From: Macrostomum lignano
Lineage: Eukaryota
Length of the DNA stretch: 64,000 nucleotides
Direction: 5' to 3'
Assembly: GCA_002269645.1 (NCBI GenBank)
Contig: NIVC01001746.1
Coordinates: forward strand, 178,958 to 242,957
In this document: piece by piece, positions 26,118-40,389 of the stretch
Numbering within the stretch: position 1 is the first letter of the stretch
Layout of the letters: every line of letters begins with the position of its first letter
Translations under genes and position numbers: made by a program
The notes under the pieces: model-generated
Told to the model about the DNA's origin: nothing
What the model saw: only the letters and a program-made list of their open reading frames with translations
Databases searched by the model: none

Positions 26118-27583
26118 CTTTAAATGGCTCTGTGAGAAACTTGTTGCAAACTAAAGTGAGAAGTCGTGTAATGGTGTTGATATAGTCAAGCTTTTTACCA
26201 CGGTCTGACGTACATGTTCACGTAGATGATATGTCAAGTTATACATATAATGCTGGTGTACATAGCGATTGGAGGCAATTCCAGTCAAACGGTGACAAGA
26301 CGTACGCGATCCTAGCGAACAATGTACAAATGGACACTGTCAAGTACATTTAGTTGAGCAGCTGAGTGCACCACGTTCAGTTTTACAGCGTGGGTGGCCC
26401 ACACAGCGGGAGTGGCCCACACTCAGTGATCGAAAAAAATTGGAAAAAGTTTCCTTTTATTCACAGTACTACAGTTATACTCCAGTGCTGTAAATATGTA
26501 CACCTTGTCGCCGAATTGTCTGTCTCTGATTCGACTGTCGCCGGATCGTCTTGTCGCCGATTTGACCGGTTCCCTTGATCCACCGATCGGATATATAGTG
26601 ATTTGTTATGTAATTATTATTAACGAATCCACGTATTATATGTTTTTTAGCTTTTTTGCCGAGATAGCTATATTTTATTGCCTGGCATAATTAATCTTTA
26701 TCTATATTTTTTGTTATACTTTTGTTATTTGTTTATTTCTGACTTTCTTTAATTAATTTGAACTCACATGATGTGGGATGTGCATGCATGCAGGCACGAT
26801 ATACGTGTTGGTATTTCGCGGCCCGGCTCGGCCAGCTGCAGTCCGGGCCGGGCCGCAATTTTATCACTTAATAAAACAATTTAGATAAATTTTGTTAATT
26901 TAGAATTTTTTTAGGCATGTGACACACAAATGTAGTAAGATTTTTTTAAGCTTTAGGTAGTAAGACTCTAGAATATAGACTTACAACTAAGAACTTTTTA
27001 CTTGTGTTGTTTTGTGCTTGTATAATACAAAAGCAGCTTGTAAATAGTTACATAATTTATATCTTACCTGTATTGTCTACAGATCTACAACTCTTTTTTA
27101 TTTAGTTATGTTTAGTTAGTTAGTTTATTTTGTATTTTATTTTCTTTGGAAATGCTGTCTGCAGAAAAGTTCCTGCACTAGGCCCTATATTAATGTATTA
27201 TTGCAAACCGAGTCGCAGTGTCAGCCTACTGAAACTCTATATAGCACAATCTTAAAGTTTTCACATTCCTTGTGTTTACAATCACCCCAAACAGAAACAG
27301 TGACAATCACCTTTAATAACAGTGACGATCACCACAAAAAACAGTTGTAAGACATAAATCCAGAGTTTCTAATGAAAGGAAATCAAATATTGGCAAACTG
27401 ACTTTGTTTATTTCAAAAGATGGTATCAAGATTGTCGTAGTACTTTATACTTCACCTTCAATTTATAGTCACCCAAATGTATATTGCCTATTTAAATGAT
27501 CGCGAACCAAAGCTAGCAGTGCCAGTAGGAAAGACTGTCAAACTAATTTCAATTGTCAAGTCACAAGTTTGAGCTATGGTAGC

Positions 27584-28513
27584 TAGGGATTCCAATCCCG
27601 GGATCCCAGGATCCCGGGATTGGGGCCAAAAATCCAGGATTTGAATCCTGGGATTTTTTTTGGGAATCGAATCCCAGGATTCTTAATCCCGGGATTGCAA
27701 AAGTCCGGGATCGGGATCCCGCGATTTCAAGGCCTTAATCCCGGGATTGGTCCGGGATTAGAACAACCTTTCAGTGCCTAAATTAGATAATTTAAAGTCT
27801 AAACGTTTATTTGAATAATAAAACATTTATTTGTTTTTGCTGTTTCTCAATGAAACGTTAAACATTTGCAAAGCTCCTGTCCTAATTGAGCCAAAAATTG
27901 TTAATGTGAACTGTAAATGATAGATAATTTTAACTTTTTTTCGTTTTCCACCACGAGACAAGACTGAGGGCCTTTTCATATTGCTTGTTCTGGTTCCAGA
28001 ACCAGAACCAATTTGTGAAGTATAACTTTTTGTCTCCATAACTAGAGGGAGATACGTGCTATAAAGTTTTTATTATTGAATGACAATCGCCAAGAAGAAA
28101 GTGAAAAATCGTGCAAAGTGAGGCTGTTAAGGCAGTCAAATATTAACAGAGTTTAAGTGTTTAATAGTTATACTGCTGTTTTTCTTGGAATTCTGAACCG
28201 ATTCTGGTTCTGGAATTGGTAATATGAAAAGGCCCTGTGACTCTGAGAGTCGCAAGACCATGACTACTGCACGCGGCACGCCGCACAATCCATAGGGATT
28301 CCAATCCCGGGATCCTGGGATCTTGGGATTGGGGCCAAAAATCCGGGATTTGAATCCCAGGATTTTTTTGGGAATCAAATCCTGGGATTTTTAATCCCGG
28401 GATTGCAAAAGCACCGGGATTCCGGGATTTTGAATCCTGGGATTTCAACAGCATTGGGATTTTGGGACTATTCAATCCTGGGATTGTAAAATGTCGGGAT
28501 TTTGGAATCCCTA
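27584..28513. mobile_element. Compound non-autonomous hAT-like element with a duplicated left end
   Basis: TIR tagggattcca at 27584 and again at 28293; right TIR tggaatcccta ends at 28513; exact 8-bp TSD atggtagc at 27576-27583 and 28514-28521; many atcccgggat subterminal motifs. Confidence 0.85.
27967..28236. mobile_element. Small nested MITE (possibly PIF/Harbinger-like)
   Basis: 16-bp TIR agggccttttcatatt / aatatgaaaaggccct with inverted ttctggttc/gaaccagaa subterminal motifs; TSD imperfect. Confidence 0.55.
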
Positions 28514-28989
28514 ATGGTAGCCTATATTTCATATTCAGTTTACAATTACCCAAACATAGCCTATGTTGCCCATTAAATGATTGCGAACCAAAGCTAGGCC
28601 TAGCCATAAGAAAGTGTACTAAGGGTTGATATGCTTTCTTATAGCCAGGTTTGGTTCACAATTATTTCAATAGAATGCATGTATAGAAGTGATCATAAAC
28701 CAAAAGTGAGGGGGGTGCAGCACTAAATATTAATTAAGCCTATACCAAGGCACCAAGCTAGGGTTGATATGCTTTCCAACAACCAGCTTTGGTTCATAAT
28801 CATTTTAATGAGACATGAACATTTGGATGATCATAAAGCAAAGGTGATATATAAGCTACTAGTGAACTGATGTACAATCCTTTTAATTTCAAATTAACAA
28901 AGTTAGTTGATCAACCAACTTTTGCTGTCTTTTCATTTGAAACTACCGTCGGTTTTTATGTTTTAGTTTTGAACACTCCATTTTTGCAT

Positions 28990-29383
28990 CAAAGAGCTTG
29001 CGTGCACGGCCGCCATTCACATAAGCTCAGAATTGCGTGCATGACAGATCTAATATCTTATAGGCTTATACAGTAAGTCATATACTATTCGAATTAATAT
29101 TCAAATTAACAAAAAACAATGAATTAAGATTACATTTGCAGTCCATGGTGTACGGGGGATAAAACATTATAAAACTATGTAGAAAAAATATTTTTTAATT
29201 AGGTTTGCCAATGCCAATGCGTGGATTTAAGGGCCCCAGTCCCGGCCAATTGCCGGCTGCCGTGCACGCAATTACAACACTAGGTGGACGGCTGCACACA
29301 TGCAAATAAAGCACTAGGTAGATAGCCACCATGCACGCAATTCTGAGCTTACGTGAATGGCTGCCGTGCACGCAAGCTCTTCG
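28990..29383. mobile_element. MITE with 9-bp TSD (Mutator-like)
   Basis: About 54-bp TIRs (28990-29043 vs 29330-29383); 9-bp direct repeat tttttgcat at 28981-28989 and 29384-29392. Confidence 0.8.
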
Positions 29384-29681
29384 TTTTTGCATTGCAATAA
29401 GGAAATATAAGGTGATCATAAACCAAAACTGGAAAAATAAAAAGTGAAATAAACCAAAACTGGCAAAATAGATGGTGATCGTAAACCAAAGCCCAAAGGA
29501 TTGCCAAAGTTTATAGGACAAAACTGTTTCAATCTTATTGAAATTTCTTAGGTTGCTACACAAGTACTTGCAAGAATGTGCAAGATCTTTGCTATAATAA
29601 TACCTAGGTAAACTTATCAGCTCTTGGCAACTTGCTACATCATACAACATCTTATCTCAACCACTCAACCACTCAACCACT

Positions 29682-30492
29682 CAAACCACTCAACCAAATG
29701 ATACCAAACTTTACACCCACCCTAAACTTACTACAGAGAATGTCTTAGGCTACTTTTAAATTTCCTAGACTCAAGTCTTCCTACCTAAAAGTACAAAAAA
29801 CTGCTCAATGCAGCAAATAACTTCCATGATTAGCGGAAGCTTTATTATTAGTTTATTGTAAACTTTCTGTATTGTATATCTATTTTCACAACTGTACAGT
29901 AGACAGTAAAGTTAAATAAATAAGACAATGACATCATTTTTAGTAATCCTTACAAATTTATAGTACTAAATAAGATTTAAAATTTAGTATGTATAAATTT
30001 AAATAAATAAAATTATCTATGTGTTACATTATATCACATGATTTGGCAAATTAAGGTAAAACAATATTGATCAAGCAATAGAGCGCATTAAAACAAAATG
30101 GCAATTGTGAGCAAATTAAAGTACAAAGAAATATAAAGCAATTGGGTATGTTAATTGTGTTTGCATGATAGTAGCAGGGGACAAAGCAAAGTTCAGTTCC
30201 TTAAACAACAAGATACTTTTGAAAACTGTATCTAAAATGTTAATAATGAGATGGCATATTTATATTTTTAGATATATTTAGTATTTTAAATATAAGTAAT
30301 ATATCTCTATGTATAAAAGTCAAAACTCTGTCTGTGTGTGTACAATTTTGATTGCTATGGACTCCCAAACCACTCAACCAAATGATACCAAACTTTACAC
30401 CCACCCTAAACTTACTACAGAGAATGTCTTAGGCTACTTTTAAATTTCCTAGACTCAAGTCTTCCTACCTAAAAGTACAAAAAACTGCTCAA
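29682..30492. repeat. Two apparently identical ~127-bp direct repeats (29682-29808, 30366-30492)
   Basis: caaaccactcaaccaaatgatacc...gtacaaaaaactgctcaa occurs twice, separated by ~557 bp of AT-rich DNA. Confidence 0.85.
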
Positions 30493-31349
30493 AATGTGCA
30501 ATTTTTTCACTAAATCCTCCATAGTGTCGCTCCACTTCTACTGATTCTCTTTAAATTTGACACAGACAATCTTAAACTATTTTGGCACAATCATGTAAAA
30601 TTTGAGTCTCAAAGTTAATCTTGAATGGTGCTGTGCACTTTTAAAGTTAGGCTGTTTTTTTCAGTGAGGCAGCCACCCCAACCTCCGCCCACCTGCCTCT
30701 CTTTCCCGATCTGGGCCCAGATTTGTAAAAGGGTTTCAAAATTGACTAACTGTCAGCTGCCATAAGTTTGCTCCATATAAAGCGATTGACTTTAAACTTG
30801 ACACAATTTTTCATTGACTCATTCTTTGTCTAAATGTAAAGTTACAAAAGTTGTAACTCATTCAGAAAAGAAACTGTAAGCATGTGAAGTTTGTCTGCTT
30901 TTTCTGTTGTTTGTGCCACTCACTCACTCATTGCCCCAGAGCCAGACGAAGGGTCAGGCGATAGGACTGAATGTACATAGCAAATGTACAGTGTTTTGGA
31001 ATTCCACCCCGAGAGTGGAGAGGCTACGTTTAGCCATAACAGTTTGGTGAGAAATTCTAACCACTGCCCTCCATTCTGTATTGGCAAACTCTGCAGCAGT
31101 TTAACAGTGGATGGCAATTGGCAAATCGAGGGAATCCAGCATGGTTTGTAAAAGCAAAAGATTTATGAAAAGGCAATTCAATGCAATGCAAAACAACCCT
31201 ACTAAATTAGGCACACCATGGAAATTTTAGGTTTCTTTAAGAGGTACTGTGTAAATTTTAAATGGCCTCCTAAGAAATGCATATTTCCTTGGTTGTTAGA
31301 CTGATGCAGACTGCAGTGGAGCTGAAGATACACAAATTCTTTTCAGGGC

Positions 31350-32450
<1,101 letters not shown>

Positions 32451-34351
32451 TTGTATGTTATGAACAGTCTAAAAACTTTTGGGATATATAGTCTGGATAT
32501 AGTGTCCTGACTTTCAAAATTGCATCTCAAATTAGACCTTGGTTGCAATTTTGCATCTTTGTGCTAGCAATAAAACCTATGGCTAGGCTAGGTTTTTCAT
32601 ACAATAGCCTACATAGGGATGCTATATAATATCCAGACTTTCCAAATCTATGTATTAAAAATGGTTTTGGTATATATGGGATCATGGGTTTTGGTATCTA
32701 TGGGATCAATATAAAAAAGTGGCACAATCAATTTTCTTCAAACTTGTACTATTCAATTAAACTTTTCCTGGTGGTACAGGTGTCTATTAAAATATTGCTC
32801 AATGCTCAAAGGATTAGGTATTCAAATATATGCTTTTTGCAAAGGTCAAATAGACTTTTTGGCTTAAAAAAACAAATTTTAAGAATGTAAGAATGCTAAC
32901 TAGCTAAGTTTTGATTATGATAAATATTATATTATACTAGGCTATTTATTTATTATTAATTGGTTAATTATCAATCTGATTTGACTTAATTGCATCACTA
33001 TAAAACACAATATAATAACATAATAAAAAATTGCAATTGTAAATTAGGCTTGATTTACATTATGTAACTATAATATTATGTTAAATTATTATAAGCCATT
33101 GATTAGAATTGAATAATGATTGCATCATAAGGTAGCACCCAGTAAATCAGTATTTTCTTTACCTAAGCTAAAGAAAATAAAGTCTTTAAAACTGAAAAAG
33201 GAAATGGTTCTTAAAAAATGTGTTTTTAATGGATTTGCATAGTTTTTGCTCTATTCCAAAGGGGGGCACTCTTAGATAAATAATAGATAATAGATAATCA
33301 AAGTGGTTTCATCCTAAAATTAGATATTGGATGCAATTTCCCTATTGGTTTAAGTGGACAAAAGGTGTCTGACCATCCATTGCAATTTTGGAATTTTCTG
33401 GTTTTGCATCATTGGTAGAGTCAAGGCAGGTGGTGTTGCTGTGTGGTGTGATTTTGGGTAGCCTAAATGGCAAGAGTAACCCAATTGTCTTATGAAGGCT
33501 AAATGCCACGTCATCTAATTAGTACTATGCCATATTTGGTACAAAAGTTAACATGTCCTGCGTTGTGTTCTGTTTTTGAGCCACAATTTTAGACCCCGTG
33601 TTGCGCATCCACAGGTTTTCTACACTTATTCCAATAGGGTGCAATTTTGCATTTTAGCACTAGCATAAACTAGTAAAGAAGTGCTTCGCCCCCTTAGGGT
33701 ATACCCTTCCTCCCTATGCCTAGCCTTATATTGTTTAACCTTATAGTTCAAGTCTTACACTAACTCTAGGTTAATTAGGACAAAGGATTGCCTTTTTGAA
33801 TGCATATTGGCAAGTCATGAGACCCTCACTTAAGTGCCTAAGCATAGGCCTAGTCATATCATATTTTTTCAAATAAGTTTTATGACTAGAAGCATAAATA
33901 ATTATTCATAGTATAAAATTTTAAGCTAACCATGGAATAAAGTAATTATTAGTGACCACATTATTTTTTGAATAGCAATCATATTTTATGATTTATTATT
34001 ATTTAAAGCAACAAAATCTCAATTCTATTAGGGGAAACAAGTGTCATTGCAAGCAAATCTAGTCTTTTGTTTCCCCTTGAAATAGTAAATATGCTAGCCA
34101 AAAATAAAATTTCTTAGGAAATACAGAAAACTATAAAAAATTATATACTATAAACATGCTCTCTTTTTATGCTTGTTATAATTTAAAATCTGGATCTGAC
34201 AGATTTTCAATTATTAAAATGGAGGTTAGTAACGAGAAACCATTGGAATTTTTTCAATGTTCTATTGATAAAATTTGTTCTTAAAAAATATTGCAGTTCT
34301 ATTTTTGCAAATACTGCACTTAACTGATATTATTGCATTAAAATCCTTTAG

Positions 34352-37300
34352 GAACATGTAATTGCAACCAGTTATGGCATTCCACTGCATGTTTATATGC
34401 AGCGTGGCACCAAAACTAGTGGATCAATTCTGACATTTCACGACATTGGAACTAACTGTGAGTAGTGCCTATTGTTCAAAAATTTAGTGTCCTAAATCCC
34501 CAAATCCGAGTTAGTGGATTTGCTGAAAATGTTTTACGAGTTTTAGATTTTTCAATGCACTGTACCTCTGAGCTTATCTGAGGATCTGGTAGCCAAGAGT
34601 CTGGGGATCTGGTAGCCAAGAGTCTGGGAATCTGGTAGCCAAGAGTCTGAGGATCTGGTAGCCAAGAGTCTGGGGATCTGGTAGCCAAGAGTCTGGGGAT
34701 CTGGTAGCCAAGAGTCTGGGGATCTGGTAGCCAAGAGTCTGGGAATCTGGTAGCCAAGTGTCTGGGGATCTGGTAGCCAAGAGTCTGGGAATCTGGTAGC
34801 CAAGAGTCTGGGAATCTGGTAGCCAAGAGTCTGGGGATCTGGTAGCCAAGAGTCTGGGGATCTGGTAGCCAAGTGTCTGGGGATCTGGTAGCCAAGAGTC
34901 TGGGGATCTGGTAGCCAAGAGTCTGGGGATCTGGTAGCCAAGTGTCTGGGGATCTGGTAGTCAAGAGTCTGGGGATCTGGTAGCCAAGAGTCTGGGGATC
35001 TGGTAGCCAAGAGTCTGGGGATCTGGTAGCCAAGAGTCTGGGAATCTGGTAGCCAAGAGTCTGAAGATCTGGTAGCCAAGAGTCTGAGGATCTGGTAGCC
35101 AAGAGTCTGGGGATCTGGTAGCCAAGAGTCTGGGAATCTGGTAGCCAAGAGTCTGGGAATCTGGTAGCCAAGAGTCTGGGGATCTGGTAGCCAAGAGTCT
35201 GGGGATCTGGTAGCCAAGAGTCTGGGAATCTGGTAGCCAAGAGTCTGGGAATCTGGTAGCCAAGAGTCTGGGAATCTGGTAGCCAAGAGTCTGGGGATCT
35301 GGTAGTTAAATCCTGAGAATCTGGTAGTCAAAAACCTGAGGATCTGGTAGTCAAAAACCTGATAAGGATCTGGTAGTCAAAAACCTGATAAGGATCTGGT
35401 AGTCAAAAACCTGAGGATCTGGTAGTCAAAAACCTGATGAGGATCTGGTAGTCAAAAACCTGAGGATCTGGTAGTCAAAAACCTGAGGATCTGGTAGTCA
35501 AAAACCTGAGGATCTGGTAGTCAAAAACCTGAGGATCTGGTAGTCAAAAACCTGAGGATCTGGTAGTCAAAAACCTGAGGATCTGGTAGTCAAAAACCTG
35601 AGGATCTGGTAGTCAAAAACCTGATGAGGATCTGGTAGTGTAAAACCTGAGAATCTGGTAGTCAAAAAACTGATGAGGATCTGGTAGTCAAAAACCTGAG
35701 GATCTGGTAGTCAAAAACCTGATGAGGATCTGGTAGTGTAAAACCTGAGGATCTGGTAGCCAAGAGTCATGATCTGATAAACAGCGAAATGTGCTGTGCA
35801 AACTGCAGTGTTTGTACCGTTAGGCCATGAGTGTTGCAAATTAACAGAGTTGATATTCTCCTGGATAAAATTTCCAGATCGGTCATTTCTTGGCTTTTTC
35901 AACTACTGCGACATGCAAGTGATTGCAGACAATTTCAATGTCTACCACGTGTGCGCACCGGGTCACCAGGACAATGCCGGTCCTGTCGCGTCCGAGTAAG
36001 ATTGCACTTTGAATTTGGGAACATGGTATAACTAATTAACATATTGCACTTCAAGTCACTAACAAAATTTTGCACAGATTTTTTTAGCGTAGTTTGTAGT
36101 TTGTATTCTTTTCTTAATTGTAAATTCATTTTCAGGGTGATTATTCGATGCATTGATCAGTGGTAATGTATCTACTGTCATTATAATTATTTATTAACAA
36201 ATTTTTTAAAATACCCGAACCTTAAATAACTGGCTTTTATTGAAAGTTTTGTATTAATATTATTATTTAAATTTAGTAAATTTACCCAGTTCTTTATCAA
36301 ATCTAAATGAATGCGACTTTGTGGTTTTAAACTTATGGAAGTCTTAACACTAGTGGAATTAACGGTTTTTATTTTACTCTCCTACTAATTGTGATTTTGT
36401 CTCAAGTAATTAACATCAGCTTGTGTAACTAAATTTTGCATGGATACGTCAAATTATCTAAAAGCCATTTACCAATTCCCAAACCTGAACACAGACAAAC
36501 CAATCCACAGTCACAAACCAATCCACAGTCACAAACCAATCCACAGTCACAGACCAATCCACAGTCACAGACCAATCCACAGTCACAAACCAATCCACAG
36601 TCACAGACCAATCCACAGTCACAAACCAATCCACAGTCACAAACCAATCCACAGTCACAGACCAATCCACAGTCACAGACCAATCCACAGTCACAAACCA
36701 ATCCACAGTCACAGACCAATCCACAGTCACAGACCAATCCACAGTCACAAACCAATCCACAATCACAAACCAATCCACAGTCACAGACCAATCCGCAATC
36801 ACAAACCAATCCACAATCACAAACCAATCCACAGTCACAAACCAATCCACAATCACAGACCAATCCACAGTCACAAACCAATCCACAGTCACAAACCAAT
36901 CCACAATCACAAACCAATCCACAGTCACAGACCAATCCGCAATCACAAACCAATCCACAATCACAAACCAATCCACAGTCACAGACCAATCCACAGTCAC
37001 AAACCAATCCACAATCACAGACCAATCCACAGTCACAGACCAATCCACAGTCACAGACCAATCCACAGTCACAAACCAATCCACAATCACAAACCAATCC
37101 ACAGTCACAGACCAATCCGCAATCACAAACCAATCCACAATCACAAACCAATCCACAGTCACAAACCAATCCACAGTCACAAACCAATCCACAGTCACAG
37201 ACCAAATCACAATCACAGACCAATCCACAGTCACAAACCAATCCACAGTCACAGACCAATCCGCAATCACAAACCAATCCACAATCACAAACCAATCCGC

Positions 37301-39368
37301 AATCACAGACCAATCCACAATCACAAACCAATCCACAATCACAGACCAAATCACAATCACAAACCAATCCGCAATCACAGACCAATCCGCAATCACAGAC
37401 CAATCCACAATCACAGACCAAAACACAATCACAAACCAATCCGCAATCACAGACTAATCCGCAATCACAGGACTTTTTACAGACTTGCAATCACAGACCA
37501 ATCCTTTTATTTAACTACCACTTAATAATATTTCAGTGGAATAGAAGAAAAGGAGGGCCTTTTAACGGAGAGACAGCAGTTTGCCACTTACGCTGATGGT
37601 GTGCCCGGGAAGTGAGTATGAAGTGTTGCAATATGTTTTCCTTAAATGTCGTTGACCTTTAAAATAGTCAAGAACTTGAAGTTTAGCTTAACAATCCTGA
37701 CTTTCTAGAAGATAGCTTCCCTACAAAACAGCTTCCCTTCTAAGCAGCTTCCCTACAAAACAGCTTCCCTTCTAAGCAGCTTCCCTACAAAACAGCTTCC
37801 CTTCTAAGCAGCTTCCCTACAAAACAGCTTCCCTTCTAAGCAGCTTCCCTACAAAACAGCTTCCCTTCTAAGCAGCTTCCCTACAAAACAGCTTCCCTTC
37901 TAAACAGCTTCCCTTCTAAACAGCTTCCCTTCTAAGCAGCTTCCCTACAAAACAGCTTCCTACAAATAAGCGCCTTCCACTGTACCACTCTAACAGCCGT
38001 TAATCCCCCTGTTAATCCGGCCCAAACCCTTCAGAATCGGGTACCCTAGCCTAGACGAGATCGCAGACATGCTGCAGTCGGTGGTGGCCCACTTCAACCT
38101 GACCTACTTTGTCGGGTTCGGCAGCGGCGCGGGCTCCAACGTGCTGTGCCGCTACGCTTTGAAGCACCCGGACAAAGTGCTTAGTCTGTTCCTAATTAAT
38201 CCCAATGCTAACACGGATAATACTTATTATAATTGGCTATTTGCCAATAACAATGCCGAGTGGCAGAGAATGTCACAGGGATTGCTAACAGACTCAGCGC
38301 TGAAGCTGTTGGAGCGGCATTGGTTTGGTCATAACAGTTCGGATTGCTATGACTCGGTTGAAGCTTGCAAACAGCAGCTGTTGAGCATGTGCCTACCTAA
38401 TGTGGCCGGCTATATCAAGGCGTACAATGATAGGCCTGATTTGGGAATACAGCGCGATTTGGCTAAGCAGCCGGGTAGCGGGCTGAGAACTTTGGAGGTG
38501 CAGGTAAGGCCGGTTTGACTAAGAAATCCTCAGTTTAATCTACCTGAAATCCTTTTTGTTTAAGCAGTTTAAAATCTTCATTTTAACTGCTAGACCTAAT
38601 TTTAGCTTCTAGGAATCCCTGTTTTTGAAGTACTGGAAATCCCCCATTTTCATCTGCTGGAAATCCCTATTTTAGCTACCAGAAATCCCCATTTTTAGCT
38701 ACTAAAAATCCCCTTTTTAGCTACCAGAAATCCCAAGTTTTAGCTACTAAAAATCCCCATTTTAGCTACCAGAAATCCCCATTTTAGCTACCAGAAATCC
38801 CCATTTTAGCTACCAGAAATCCCCATTTTTAGCTACTAAAAATCCCCTTTTTAGCTACCAGAAATCCCCATTTTAGCTACCAGAAATCCCTATTTTAGCT
38901 ACCAGAAATCCCCATTTTAGCTACCAGAAATCCCCATTTAGCTTGAAGTACAGCCTCAAATGAGTGCCCTGTACGCAGGCACCCACTCACAGGGGGTGAA
39001 CAGCAGCCCTTATTTTTATGCCCCTCTTCAAAGCCAGTCTCCAACATCCCGCATGCCAGGCCTTCCTAGTCACGGGCGGCCTGGCCAAGGACATGGTCAC
39101 ACGTTTGGTCGCCATGAACTCCCGCTGCGATCCTGGCCGAACCGAATTCCTCATAGTTGACGAATCTGACGGTATGATGATGGAAACTGAGCCGGCTAAA
39201 TTAGCCGTATTGTTCCTGCGTCATTTGCGCTCCTGCGGTCTGGTTGTGTCTCTAACTCCAGAGCGTGTGCGAGAGCTCGCTAAACAGCGCTGCGCCTCCG
39301 CCTCTGTCGCGGCAGCTGATGTTGAAGCAATCGACGAGACAGCGGACATTGATTGTGGCGATTTCTGA
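34352..39368 (+). CDS. NDRG: NDRG family alpha/beta-hydrolase-fold protein; exons 34352-34457, 35878-35995, 38035-38503, 39060-39368; first coding exon not located
   Basis: Spliced with consistent phases 1, 2, 0: EHVIATSYGIPLHVYMQRG...ILTFHDIGTNY|RSFLGFFNYCDMQVIADNFNVYHVCAPGHQD...|IGYPSLDEIADML...GFGSGAGSNVLCRYALKHP...|AFLVTGG...MNSRCDPGRTEFL...EPAKLA. These match the NDRG motifs TYHD, HVDAPGQ, YPSMD, GAGA and PAKLA. Confidence 0.9.
34580..35765. repeat. 23-bp minisatellite in an NDRG intron, two variant blocks
   Basis: gatctggtagccaagagtctggg up to about 35300, then gatctggtagtcaaaaacctgag. Confidence 0.92.
36490..37500. repeat. 18-bp minisatellite in an NDRG intron
   Basis: Unit cacaaaccaatccacagt, more than 50 copies. 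Confidence 0.95.
37720..37965. repeat. 32-bp tandem repeat
   Basis: Unit cagcttccctacaaaacagcttcccttctaag. Confidence 0.88.
38620..38940. repeat. ~22-bp tandem repeat in the last NDRG intron
   Basis: Unit gaaatccccattttagctacca. Confidence 0.85.
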
Positions 39369-39464
39369 ACCAAAAAAATAATTATTGTTTATGACTTAGC
39401 GAATATATATTGATTTGTGTTTTACATTCAGCTGTTATGCTCATTTTTGGGATGATTAATTGCA

Positions 39465-39815
39465 ATTGTCTATGGCTTTTATAAGTCTGTAGTTAATTGC
39501 AATTGTCTATGGCTTTTATAAGTCTGTAGTTAATTGCAATTGTCTATGGCTTTTATAAGTCTGTAGTTAATTGCAATTGTCTATGGCTTTTATAAGTCTG
39601 TAGTTAATTGCAATTGTCTATGGCTTTTATAAGTCTGTAGTTAATTGCAATTGTCTATGGCTTTTATAAGTCTGTAGTTAATTGCAATTGTCTATGGCTT
39701 TTATAAGTCTGTAAATAATTGCAATTGTCTATGGATTTTATAAGTCTGTAGTTAATTGCAATTGTCTATGGCTTTTATAAGTCTGTCTGTAATGAATTGC
39801 AATTGTCTGTGGCTT
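39465..39815. repeat. 37-bp tandem repeat
   Basis: Unit gttaattgcaattgtctatggcttttataagtctgta; period checked at 39481/39518. Confidence 0.9.
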
Positions 39816-40389
39816 TTAAACGTCTACAAGTATAATATCAAATATAAATGGTGGATCATTAAGTATTTTTCTTTCTAGGAAACACAAAGAATCTTTTGTA
39901 CGTCTATAGTGTAAAACCTGTTTTACGATACATATCGTAAAGCACTGGATTGGGCAGTGACTTATATAGCCTGTGTATAAGATTTACGGGTGGTTTATGC
40001 CAATAATATGCTATTTCCTCGCTTAATTCGCCTCACTGCCTGTAGCTATCTAGTGGGCAAAGTGTCTGTCTTCCCGATGCGTTATCAAGAAAAAGTTTTT
40101 GTACTTCTAGCTCTATTGTAGCACTCCAACTGAGAGCATTTTTTGTTTGGAATTTGAAAAAAATCCTTATTACATAGGATGGATTTGCACACTTGCTATA
40201 GTGCTTCTCTTCTGCGTTGCTGCTGCTGCTTCGGCTTCGTATTCGTAACTTTCACTGACGTCATTTTCATTGCTTCTTGTTTGAAACCATCATACTACTG
40301 CTCAATGTAATTAGAGCCAATTATAGTTTATTAAAGGTCATGAAGCGGAAAGGGCATGTACAAATAATTACCTAATAAGCTCACGTTGG

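Noticed and set aside
26380-26860. Isolated TIR-like motifs (tgtcgccg repeats at about 26505-26575, GC hairpin at about 26818-26857)
   Set aside because: Single ends without partner TIR or TSD; cannot be delimited as elements.
34476-35331. Repetitive 250-aa ORFs (LATRSPDSW...)
   Set aside because: They are translations of the 23-bp minisatellite inside an NDRG intron.
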